DNA of 64,000 nt from the NCBI GenBank assembly GCA_964016885.1, contig OZ024757.1:36642001-36706000 (forward strand), in the 5' to 3' direction. Every line of letters begins with the position of its first letter. Position 1 is the first letter of the stretch. The stretch is from Eledone cirrhosa. Taxonomy: Eukaryota. A program made the position numbers and the translations under genes. Under the pieces are notes generated by a model that saw only the letters and a program-made list of their open reading frames with translations, made no database searches and was not told where the DNA came from. Shown here piece after piece: positions 51,570 through 64,000 of the stretch.

Positions 51570-52065
51570 CATACCTTTGTAGGTTTAGCTGGCCTACTAT
51601 GAGGTTGTATCTCACAGGAGGTTTCTTCTGTTTTAAAGATAGAAGCACTAGTTTTATAATGTTGCAGCTCCCACCTATGTAGGTTTAGATGGCTTACTAC
51701 ATGGTTCTATCACACAGGGGGTTTCCCCCGAGTATTCTAATGAGAGAGGCCCTAATCTTATGTTGTTGTTACTGCTCCCACCTATCTAGGTTTAGCTGGC
51801 CTCCAGTGAGGTAGCAACTCATAGGAAGTTTCTCAAGTACTTTAATGATAGGTGCCCCAGTCTTATGTTACAGATGACATCACACCTAAGTAGGTTTAGC
51901 TGGCCTACTATGAGGTTGTATCTCATTGGAGGTTTCTTGGATGTTATAATGATAAGGGCTCCAACCCTGTCATACATACACATACACGTCATTGTTACAA
52001 CTCACACCTATATGTAGGTTTAACTGGTCTCATACAACATTGTATCACACAGGATGCTTCTGGTG
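51570..52065. repeat. Dispersed ~105-bp minisatellite family (GTAGGTTTAGCTGGCCT..GTATCTCATAGGAGG)
   Basis: About 5 degenerate units. Related arrays at 41925-42360, 6380-6520 and 53545-53612. Confidence 0.85.
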
Positions 52066-52628
52066 TTTTAACCCTTTAGCATTTATATCACTCTATATTT
52101 ACTATTATATTTCCATGGTAAAGGCTTTATCTCACATAATTGTTTCTACTTTAAGCACAAGGCCAGCAATTACCCAGTGCATTACTGGTAATTTATTTTA
52201 TCGACCCCGTAAGGATGAAAGGCAAAGTTAACCTCAGCGGGATTTGAACTCAGACCATAATATCAAATCTATGAGAGTTTGATATTATTTATTTTGAGAA
52301 CTATATCTAAACATCAGTATGAGCAGCTGGTTACAGCCAGTTTGAAAAGAAAGAGGTGAGATAATTCTGGCCAGACACAGCCGGTTTAAATGCTAAAGGG
52401 TTAATGTTAGGGACCCCCCAGTCCTATCATAACTATACAACTTCCCTCTACAGATTCTTTCTTCAGATTCTAGAGAAATCTGATACCCCAGGAACATATG
52501 GTATTACATTTGTAGAATTGTATTTATCTAGAGCTATCACATCTTGGGATTTAACTGAATTAGGGGTTAGGTTACAGAAATGTACAGCGAACCCTTTCTA
52601 CTTTTATTAGCAAGTATATATGTGAGAA

Positions 52629-52682
<54 letters not shown>

Positions 52683-54598
52683 CATATAAAACCATATATG
52701 TATATATATACACACACAACTATATATATGTATTTACACACACAATCACATGTATATATACACACGCACACAATCATATGTATATATACATGCACACACA
52801 CAAAATCATATATGTATACATACACACACACATACAATTATATATATATATATATTTATATACACACACACACTCACGTATAAACATACACAGACACACA
52901 ATCATATATGTATACATACACACACACATACAATTATATATACATATATATATATATTCACACACACTCATGTATAAACATACACACACACACACATATA
53001 TATATGTATACACACACACACACACACATGTGTGTTTGTCTCTCAGGCATCAATCTTATCTCTGCAGCAGCTGACATTAGTACCACTCTGCAGGTATATA
53101 AACAAAATAGGGGTTGCAAGGTATATTATATTACCCCAACCCCTGCCCCAAGTCTTCAGAGATAGATAATGCTCTTACCATACCCCACCACCAATCCCAC
53201 CCACCCTTTTGTCACCTTCCTTTGCTTAGAGCTGTTGCTCCATCCACCCTCTATCATCCATCATCTACCCCACTATCTCATCTCTCATCTTATATCTACA
53301 CAGCTGGTTTTCCTGTTGAGATTTTCTTTGAGGTAGAGGAGGGTATTGTTAAGCCTTAAACCTCTGTTGAAATGATTCTGTGACCCAACTTCGATTCCTC
53401 ATTGCCCCACCATCTCTGTAATTCTACACTCTGAAATGTAATGGTATGTGCTTTAATGGTTAAGGTGTTAAGTTCATGATCATAAAACGTTGGGATCAAT
53501 TCCTGAACTGGGAGGCATGTTGTGTTCTTGAGCAAGATACTTCATGACAGGGCTGGAGCCCCAAGAAACCTCCTACAAGATGCAACCTTTTAGGAGGCCA
53601 GCTAAACCGGCATATGTGCGATGTGTAAAATATATAATAAAGTGAACCAAATGAACTCAAAGTGCTGGAACATGTGTAAGCTAGATGTTGGCCACAGGGT
53701 GTACTGGGAACATTTTGTCATGACACCAGCATTACACTTTACAGAGTGTACTGGGAGCATTTTGTCATGGCACCAGCATTACCACTTTACAAGGTGTACT
53801 GGGAGTATTTTATCATGACACCAGCATTACCATTTATAGAGTGTAAAGGGAGTATTTTATCATGACACCAGCATTACCACTTTATAGAGTGTACTGGGAG
53901 TATTTTATCATGACACCAGCATTACTACTTTATAGAGTGTAAAGGGAACATTTTATCATGGCACCAGCGTTACCACTTTACAGAGTGTACTGGGAGCATT
54001 TTATCATGGCACTAGCATTACCACTTTAAGTACTGACCTGGTCTGTGATGACCCATCCAACACATATATACACATACTTATGTGTGTGTATGTATATGTT
54101 TAGTGAAGTCTCAAAATATTTGAGTTGATCACCAGATAAGTAAGTATTCCGCTAAATAAAACAGCAATGATAGGTATAATCTTTCAACTGTCTCTGTGTG
54201 TGTGAGTGGTTATTGATCTGGTATCAATTCTAAAGGATTAGGAAATGCTAACAAGCATAATTATTGGATATTAACTATAGACACACACACATATTAGCAA
54301 AGTTGTATACGGAAAAACGGACACAAGCACCCATTTTCCTCTTGAGTCCTCCAACCACCATCCCTAAAAAATACAATTTCGTACAATACACACACATATA
54401 TAGTTAATTTTGAATGATACTGCAATGAACCATGTGTTCTATTGTACGTTTATATCATTAGATATGTATGTATGTCATTCACTATTTTATAATGATTAAA
54501 TGCTCGGATTTATTTCATGAAATTTTCTTTGAGATTATTTTGGGAGATAAGACGCATGTTTGAGATTATTTCAAACACCACATCTATAATTATGAATG

Positions 54599-54671
<73 letters not shown>

Positions 54672-55742
54672 TACATACTGCTAAATTGCAATGTGCTGTT
54701 CGCCGGTGTATTTCTTTCGTGTTTGTGACTCTGAAAAGAAAGAACCTCCACTATTCTGTCTGTCTCTCTCTCTCAATCTCTCCCACCCCACCACTCCACC
54801 TCTTACTGAGTCATCTTTTGATCGAGAAGAAATGACCGAAGGTATTTCAACCACCACCACAACAATCCCATCTAAAAAGAGGCGGGGGACATCTGCAACT
54901 ACAGCATCTAACGTGCCTTCACTCTTATATAACACGGGGATGGATGGGATTGATTCTAGGGAAATTCGACTGCTATTTTTAACAGATCGAAAGGCCACGT
55001 TGAGAAAAAATAATTCCTTCGTTAGTAGCCCAATTTTTACGTAATGAATGTTATATAGGAAATTCGTTTATTAAATTGTTTTTCTCTTTTTTAGCATTTG
55101 TGTTATTCCATAATTAATTAGCTAAATAACGGTTTCTGATTTAGGTACAAGGCCAACAATTTGAGGGGAGGGAGAAGTCGATTAAATGCGTTACTGGTAC
55201 TTTATTTTATCGACCACTCCAGGTAAGGATGAAAATTAAAGCTAACTTCGGCGGGATTAGAACTCAGAAATTAACAATAATAATATAGTGTCGAATATTT
55301 ATATTGTACGGTAATATTTCGTGTTAAAACACACAACTCCCGGTAATTTCCGTGAGTTTTTGTAAATCTACACCGTCAAAACTATCTGCAAAATATGTAT
55401 GATTAAATTAGGTAAGATGAGGGTGGGGCACAAAATTGAAGTTATGCATCTATCTATCGATCTACATCTGTGTGTACACACATACACACATATATATATA
55501 TGTGTGTGTGTGTGTGTGTAAAAGGTATTTCCATCACGGTTCTGAGTAAGTTTCGCGTAGAAATGAAGAAATATTTATAGTTTAATCGGTACAGACAAGA
55601 AGAAAATTCTCATCAAACAACCTGTATAACAACCAGAAAACTCAGGTGTGAACAGATCGCTTTAAACAAATGCGTATGTGTGTGTATACACACACACATA
55701 TATATATATAAGGTGCATGCACACATATTTAGTTTATATATA

Positions 55743-55808
55743 CAGGGTGTTCCTCCCAGAATATATACACATTGTTGAAGTGTGTATACATTTTTGTGGA
55801 CACCCAGT
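55743..55808. mobile_element. Tiny Tc1/mariner-like hairpin MITE remnant
   Basis: TA|CAGGGTGTTCC..GGACACCCAG forms an imperfect 66-bp palindrome. Confidence 0.45.
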
Positions 55809-55929
55809 GTGTGTGTGTATATATATATATATAGTAATTTTATTAAGGCTAAATAATGAATATTCGATCAGACAAAAACACTTCGTACTTTGAGTACTCT
55901 TTTCTCTCAGCCGTCAACCACACACACAT

Positions 55930-55978
<49 letters not shown>

Positions 55979-56344
55979 TACAACTCTTTCCATATATATA
56001 GTACTTAGTATTGAAGCGGTTTAAGAATGCTTTCACTCGATTTTCATTAAAGTATCGCATACCAAGTTGAATTATGATTTTACTTGTTCGACTAGTAATA
56101 TATTTATATATATGTGTGTGTGTATAATATATATATATATATATGTATATACATGTTATCAGGTTTGTATAATAACCACTGCTGTCGTTGTTCAACCCCA
56201 AGCCAGTCAGCCATATAATGGTAATAATAATATATGATTTAAATATTGAGCATACTAACGTACTTTGTAAGTCATTCCATCCGTGACCACACCATCACAT
56301 TTATTTCCACACCATACTTAAGACTACACTATATACTATAGGTT

Positions 56345-56610
56345 ATTTAAAAAAGATTTTACTGCCATTTCTAGCAAATCAAAGCAGCCACTTACTCGAA
56401 ATACGTTGACTAGGCTTTGCGTTGTGTTGTAGGGTATTTGAGAAAGATTTTACTGCCATTTCTAGCAAATCGATCCAGCCACTTACTCGAAATACGCGTT
56501 GCCTTGTGTTGTAGGGTGTTTGAGAAAAATGTTACTGCCATTTCTAGTAAATTAAGCCAGCCTCTTCGTTTACCAGAAATACGTTGATAGGCTCTGCCTT
56601 GTGTTGTAAA
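56345..56610. repeat. ~90-bp tandem repeat, 3 copies
   Basis: TTACTGCCATTTCTAGCAAAT..GAAATACG..TTGTGTTGTA occurs three times. Confidence 0.85.
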
Positions 56611-56925
56611 CAAGTTTATATAAATAGTAGTTTTTTATACATTCAAATTATTAACGGAAACAGTTAAAGGATTAAATATATACAAAGGTATTTAATTACC
56701 TCAGATAATAAATACATATTAGGCACGTGGTTAGATACGAATTTTTTTCTGGCAAAACAAAGGATAGCTACTTTAAATGTTGTAGTAGTTGTTTAGTCTC
56801 AGGCCAGTCCAACAGTGACCATCATCAACTAGATTAATTCCTTTTGAAAAAAAATGTTCTAGTATCATTGACAATGGATCGCGTTTCAGTCTCAGATCGA
56901 CCCGATTCACCGATTCATTTCCACA

Positions 56926-56975
<50 letters not shown>

Positions 56976-57550
56976 TAAGTATGGTCATTTGGTACTCGGT
57001 AAAGGTAATAAGACTCATACCAAGGTAGAGATGATGTGTATGCATATATATATATACACACATATTTATAGACAAACAAACACACACACATAATATATAT
57101 ATATATATAGAGAGAGACATAGATAGATAGATCCTCTTTCAATCCGGAGAGATGGTCATCATTGATGCCTTGAAACCTTAGGTAGTACTTTATTCCGTGT
57201 ATGAACACAAATAAATACTATATATATATATACTATATATGTGTGTGTGTAAACGAAACAGTGAATCGAGCCGATTAAGAACATATAATTCTAAAACGAG
57301 ATCCATTGTCCATTATGCAGCCTTTATTTCCCTCCCAGTTTATATCTCAGTCTAAATTATTCCCTGTATTTTCTGTTGATTTAAGAATAAAAAAATGACA
57401 GAGAAATAATTTACGAGGGAGATTTGGTTGCTATTTCTAGCAGGTCGAGTGAGATACGACGGTTTAGGCTCACCTCATTAAAACAAACAAGTGGCTGTTT
57501 ATATATATATATAGCCGAAACCGCTTGGCGGCGCGGTCGGGATTTTACAC

Positions 57551-57581
<31 letters not shown>

Positions 57582-58554
57582 CACACATACACACACGCAT
57601 ATATATATATATATATATGTTTATGCTCCTACTACAATCATATATATATATATATATGAAAGATTCGGGACCCCCGACGGATGAGCTCATACCGTTTCAA
57701 CAGCTAGTTCCGAACTAGTTGTTGAAACGGCAGGAGCTCAGCCATCGGGATTCCGAATTTTTCCTATTACCCACTCTACTAAACCAAGTATCGAGTACTC
57801 TGGTGAGTAATGGTCTAACAGGTTTTTACTGCATCCATTCTGACATATATATATACACACACATATAAATATATATATATATACACACACATATGTGTGT
57901 GTGTGTGTGTGTGTATTAGACATAATATAAAGAGGTTAACCCCCGAAGTTGAGGAAACAGACACGCATATATACAAACATCCAGACATATATACACACAC
58001 ACACACAAGTAAATAAGTAAACAAGACGATACAATTTCAAATATCGGTTAGTAAATTATTACCTGTAATTAAAACAAGTTCTTACCTGTAGGAGATCTGA
58101 TCACAGTGAGTAGCAGAACACCTATTATCCACACATACACCGCACCGTATATATATAAATATATATATATTTATATATATATATATATATTTAACTATAT
58201 ATATACGTGAGTTCTTAACTCCAGTATAATATCCATAAATAAAAAAATAAAAAAAAGCTGAATATATGTTTGGTGGGTATTGAAAGTAGAAATAAATAAA
58301 GAAAAAAAAGGAGAAAAGGGTGGGGGAATTATTTAGGTAGCGGACGGATTTTTTGGAAAGGTAGGTGTAAATATTAAATATCTGGGCAGTGTTTTGAGGT
58401 GAGACAGAGAGAAGAGAAGTAAAGAGATATTTTATGGAGTGTTTAACGATGGTGTCATGGTGGACAGACAAGTTGATAGAACAACCAAGGCCAGTAACTC
58501 TGATCAAACTTTGTCGTCTGTCATTAGGCAATGTTATTTCCTGAATGACGTCAT

Positions 58555-59420
58555 TAATAATAAATATTTACCATATAACTAACTGGACAGGGCCCTACTT
58601 TTTCGGGAGTTTTTCTGTAAGGGAGAGGTCCCTTTGGCCCTTTTTTTTTTTTCGTTTTTTGGTATTATTATTATTGTTGTTATTTAAACCCCCACCCCAG
58701 GTCAGTCTTGATAAATGTTTACCATATAACTAACTAGACAAGGCCTCTACTTTTTCTTGAGATTTTTTGTAAGGGAGAGGTCCCTTTGTTCCTTTTTTAG
58801 TATTATATTATTGTTATTGTTGTTATTGAACCCCCAGCCCTGGTCAGTTCTGATATATAGTAGACCCGTGACTAGGCAAGCAAACAGGCCCCTTTCTTCT
58901 TCCTGTTTAACCCCACATCAGTCCTGATAAAGGCAGTCACTCTTTCCTTTCTAAATCTCTGTAAAGGGTGGTCTCTTTCTTGTTTAACCCTAGAGTAATT
59001 CCAATAAGAGCAGACCTATGATTAGGCAGATCCCTTTTCCTTCTGAAGCTCTGTAAAGGGTGGTCCATTTCTTGTTGTTGTTTAACACCAGATTAGTACT
59101 GATAAAGAGCAGAGCTATGAAGCATTGTAAGGGTAAGCTCCTTTGTTATTTAACCCCAGGTTAGCATTTGATATAGAGAAGACCCGTAGCTAGCCACCCT
59201 CCTTTCCTTTCCGAAGAAAAAGGAGGTCCCTTTCTTCTTGCTGTTTAACCTCCTAAGCAATCCTTGATAAAGAGGAGCTCTGCAAAGAGAAATCCCATTT
59301 TGTTGTTGTTGTTTAATCACAGGTCAGCCCTTGATAAAGAGCAGGCATATGACTAGGTAGGCTCCTCTTTCTGAAGCTAAATAAGCGGAGGTCTCTTTCG
59401 TTGTTGTTTAGTCCTCGTGA
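58555..59420. repeat. Degenerate tandem array (TTGTTTAACCC..TGATAAAG..GTAAAGG..TCCCTTT)
   Basis: The motif recurs with a period of roughly 80-150 bp. Confidence 0.75.
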
Positions 59421-60267
59421 GGAGGAGGGGGGGGTGCCCTCCCCCACCAATTTTCAATAGTGTGCCCTCAAAATAAACTTCGACATTGTCCAAATAACTG
59501 ATGTATAACACACAATATTTAGATGTAAAAATAGAAAACAAACAACTCAAAATAGATATTGTTATATTTGGAGAGGGTCATGTTGTCCTAGTATTGCCAA
59601 AAATAGTAAAACACTCACTGTTTGCTTTATAAAAACAACCTTGCAAAACAAATACATCGCCGTCAAAGCAGACATTTTACTCCGATAAAAACCTGCTATG
59701 ATTTGTGACAAAAGTAAAACAAAGAACAAAAATCAATTCTTTTTAATTGGGAAGTATCAATAATAATGGTTTCTTATTTAGACACAAGGCCACCAATTTT
59801 GGGGGAGGGGCAAGTCGATTAAATCAAGCCCAGTGATTTACTGGTGCTTTATTTTATCGACCCCGTAAGGATGGAAGGCAAAGCTAACCTCAGCAGGATT
59901 TGAACTCAGATCATAAAGGTGCGTAACCCTAATAATAATACTTGTTTCTACTTTAGGCACAAGGCCAGCAATTACTCAGTGCATTACTGGTACTTTATTT
60001 TATCGACCCCGTAAGGATGAAAGGCAAAGTCAACCCTAATAATAATACTAATAATAATTTCTTTATTGGCAACTAGAAGTCCTCAAACACTCCTAGCAGG
60101 TCCTGCCAGAAGCAACGGTCTCCAACTGATCCGGCTGGATCTCCAAGCGTGACCAGCCAAGCTCATAGATGTTATCCAACCATCTGGCTCGGGGTCTACC
60201 CTGGTTCTCTTGCCGGTTGGTTTTGCCCGTAAAATCTGTCCAGCGATTTTTTCCTAAGACATTCTAA

Positions 60268-60910
60268 TATATTTTTGTTAAATTAAGTTAGAACAAAAAA
60301 AATGTCTTATTAATAAAGTTCTGAAGCGGGCACTGTAGTTACGACACCAATAAAAGCTAATGAATTTGGTGAATTAAAAATAAGAATGGTAAATTTGATA
60401 ATTAAAAAAATATATATTTTTCAACACAATCGTAATCTATATCATGGGAAATATATTTTTGTTAAATTAAATTAGAAAAAAATGTCTTATTAATAAAGTT
60501 CTGAAGCGGGCACTGTAGTTACGACACCAGTAAATGTGATGTGCGACAGATTGTCGCACTGGGTGGTGAATTGCCCCACTCCACCCCACTTTTTTCTTCT
60601 TTTTATTTGTGTTTATGAACGTCATTATATTTGTAAAGTTATTCTGAACGAATTGCGATCAATTTATAATATTATTTACGCATTTGTAATGTTATTTATG
60701 TATATATTTAAAACATATTTGTAATGTTATTTATACAACTGAGTAAACCATTGATAAAAATTGTTAAAAATGATAATTAAATAAAAAAATGTTATCAACA
60801 TAATCACGATCTACATAATCGAAAATATATTTTTGTTAAATTAAATTAGAAAAAAATAGGGATGTCTTATTAATAAAGTTATGAAGCGGGCACTGTAGTT
60901 ACGACACCAG
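60268..60910. repeat. Three direct repeats of an ~80-135 bp unit ending GAAGCGGGCACTGTAGTTACGACACCA
   Basis: Cores at 60268-60349, 60449-60529 and 60823-60909. Confidence 0.9.
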
Positions 60911-63174
60911 AACTGGTGAATATGATAACTTCCTACGAAATCGGAAGTTAAGAAATTTGATTTATACAATACACACGTGTGAGTGTGTATGTCTAACACA
61001 GAGAGATAGATCGTTAGATATTATTGAGAAAATAAATTTTCCTAAAAACGGTGAATTAATCAGGATATAAGGAGAAGAAAACAGAAAATTATTTGTATCT
61101 ACAATGTATTAATTTTGTTTTGAAGTAAAACGATGATAGATCTACAGCCATCCGTAAGTATATATTACATCTTATCTTAAGCATAGTTTTATTATAATCT
61201 GATAAATTTACAGTAGAATAACATTACAAATATGTTTTAAATATATACATAAATAACATTACAAATGCATAAATAACATTATAAATTGATCGCAATTCGT
61301 TTAGAAGGACATTAGTAATATAATGTCTAAACTGTATAATAACATAATTGTTTCTACTTTTGGCACCAGGGTATTACTGGTATAACATAATAATATAAAT
61401 TCATTGAACGAAGATGATAAAGGAAAGCAGCTCACACCTTAGGGGTTATAATGATCATTTGGTACCCTTACCGGGTACCAAGGTACTCTTCTGAGTATCC
61501 AGCATCACTTAGTATCGATATGGGCATCAATACGAGAAGCGATAGTTAAACCTGAGTATATACATATATATATATACTATATATACACTATACAGTCTTT
61601 ATATCCATCATCAATATATACACACAGGTAACAGTCTCTATATATAATCAATATACACAGACAACGGTCTATATATATAATCTATATACACAAACAACAG
61701 TCTATATATACACGGGTAACAGTCTATATAAACTATATTCAATCTAACTATACACCATATATAACGTAAGTACGGTCATTTGGTACCCGGTGAGGCTAAT
61801 TAGACCAAGGTTGAGATGATCCTCTTCTAAGTATCGAACACCACTTGCCATCAGTTATTGCAGTTATTCACATTAATTTGTGTATAAATATCCTCGTATT
61901 TAAAAATCATATTTTTTATGGTTTTCCTTTAATAATGACATATGTCAGGATAGAGTTAAGTTCTGAGTGATCTTTCGTTTTAAAGTAAACAACAATCGCT
62001 GTCCATAATAACATTGATCTATATATATACACACATTATATAATATATATACTAAAGTACCAGTAATGCACTGGGTAATTTGCTGGCCTTGTGCCTAACG
62101 TAGAAACAATTATATAATATATATATACTATATATAATAACATTGATCTATATATATATATATACACATACACATCAATTTTATGCACAGCGAGAGACAG
62201 AGAGATCCTGAGAAAATCGGGGGTATCCACAGAAAATACGGTACTCAATACATTAGTTGTAGAGTGTAAACGTCAGTATTTAATATAGAAATGGCTTCTA
62301 CAAGACTATTTCATCCGTATGAAATCATCAGGGATTCCTGATGATTTCATACAGATGAAACAGTTCTAGTCCTGTAAAAGCCATTTCTATATTAAATGAT
62401 ATATATATATATATCAATCAACCATTGCGTTCAGGGGCCCGGTGGTGGGGTAGAGATGATATAATAGTATATTAACTATCAACATATATTTATAAATATA
62501 GTAAAATAAAATATATATATTTATTTATACATAGTATATATTATATCATTTATTTCATTTATTATATATAAATTAATGATTTTATTTATTATATATTATT
62601 TACAATTTGCGTACAGGCAGGTCTTTCTAGAAATAGGGTTGGGGAGCGTTGAGGGTATTACGTGGCCGTGTGGTGGGGTGGTGGCCCCAAAAGTTTGAGA
62701 ACTTCTGCTCTAGCCTGTTACCATCAACAACGACAGCCATACACCACAAAGTTTGTCAATAAACACGTGTATATACATCCCACACCAACAAATTATCTAA
62801 TAATTATATACTGACATTTAACTAAGCCACTAAACTCTTACTAAGATCGCACACATAATAAATCTTCTTTAAAAGCATCTAAGCCAGTCATGATTATGTC
62901 AGCTAAAACTGCTTTTGTCTGGCCTTCGTTTCAATGGTGACAACATTTTATTTGTTATAATACAGGAGGAGGGAAAGTTGATTAAATACCTCCTCCCTCT
63001 TGGTACTTGACTGGTATTTTATTTTACCGACCTCGAAAGGATGAAAGCTAAAGCTGAACTCAGCAGAATTTGAACTCAGAACATAAAAAGGGCTGTAACA
63101 CTATGCTGCAAGGCATGTCTGATGCTCTACCGATACTGCCAATCCACTGCCCTAATAATGATTTCTACCATAGG

Positions 63175-63338
63175 CAGGGCCTCCAAGAGAAATTTTGCAA
63201 GGCAGTACAAAACCCCTTTTGGGCCCAAAAGAGGCAAATATTTTTCTCAAAATGGATGTTGCATAGTTGCTGTGGGGCCTTCTTAGCTCTTGGGCTCCGG
63301 AACAAAGAACTGACTGAACCCTCCTCTCATAGGCCCTG
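63175..63338. mobile_element. hAT-type MITE inserted into a SINE
   Basis: TIR CAGGGCCT/AGGCCCTG and TSD ACCATAGG/ACTATAGG. Confidence 0.8.
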
Positions 63339-63494
63339 ACTATAGGTACAAGGCCAGCAATTTGGTGAGAGGGGAAGTCGATTAAATCGACTCCAGAATT
63401 TGTAGTTAGCTAAAAACTTTTCCATTGTAATTTTATATCCCAAACACCATCTTAATAATGAGAAAGTGAATTTTATTATTAAATCCTTCCATAT

Positions 63495-64000
63495 TCTTGG
63501 TCTTCCTCTTCTTCACCCACTTATTCTTGAGAGGTCTGTGAGGGCCGAGCCCTCAAATACTCCTTCCAATGAGTCCTGTCAGAAGCAACCATCTCCAACT
63601 GATCCGGCTGGATCCCCAAGTGAGACCAGCCAAGCTAATGGATATTATCCAACCATCTTGTTCGAGGACTACCCCTAGGTCTCCTGCCAGTTGGTTTTGC
63701 CTGAAAATCTGTTCAGTGATTCTTTCCTGAGACATTCTAACCACATGTCCATAGTGTTGGAGTTGTGATATCTCAATTCAGAGAAGTAGCGGCTCTACCT
63801 GGAGTGACTCTCTGATCTCCGTGGCACACACTTTATTGAGTAACATTACTCCAAAGACCCTTTGTAGGAACCCCATTACAGCTGCTTGTATTCTCAATCG
63901 TATTCCTTCTGTCATTACCCAAGATTCATGACCATAGGTAAGGGTTGGCACAAATACCAAATTGAAGATAGTGATTTTGGCTTTTATACATACCTCCCTT
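63495..64000 (-). mobile_element. RTE LINE 3' fragment running off the window end
   Basis: VFVPTLTYGHESWVMTEGIRLRIQAAVMGFLQRV..LQVEPLLL. Shorter copies at 60075-60270, 6540-6640 and 28650-28745. Confidence 0.8.

Noticed and set aside
54681-55044. Overlapping 105-aa and 117-aa ORFs in complex sequence
   Set aside because: No recognisable domain or splice context. It could be katanin 5' UTR or promoter, but this is unsupported.
58086-58121. Possible 36-nt minus-strand exon (AG..CAG|GTAAG)
   Set aside because: Cannot be linked to any gene without transcript data.
60268-60910. Repeat-spacer-repeat pattern as a CRISPR array
   Set aside because: Repeats are too long, spacers are partly homologous and unequal, and the context is eukaryotic with no cas genes.

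Overview
AT-rich, intron-rich eukaryotic genomic DNA with very high microsatellite, SINE and MITE density. The repeat families look like those of an octopus or other coleoid cephalopod (inference, not verified). Four spliced protein-coding genes were reconstructed by hand from GT-AG boundaries and reading frame: (1) the 3' end of a + strand gene whose product ends in two tandem MLLE/PABC domains (exons 499-596, 4429-4662, 5479-5630); (2) a complete 12-exon odr-4 homolog on - (8646-21142) with a U12-type intron; (3) the last two coding exons of a double-hotdog, acyl-ACP-thioesterase-like gene on - (26760-28594); (4) a complete 11-exon katanin p60 gene on - (43810-50666). Mobile DNA includes an apparently intact RTE-clade LINE with three C-terminal C2H2 fingers (30716-34261), a CRE-like REL-endonuclease fragment, RTE 3' fragments, several tRNA-derived SINE families, hAT-type and TTAA (piggyBac-type) MITEs, and 40-110 bp minisatellites. 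The most notable non-coding signal is a set of about ten type-I hammerhead-ribozyme-like motifs from several sequence families, with Penelope-like architecture and often inside fold-back palindromes. Two of them have an intact core and lie on the sense strand of odr-4 intron 1. Most long ORFs in the supplied track are microsatellite artefacts.
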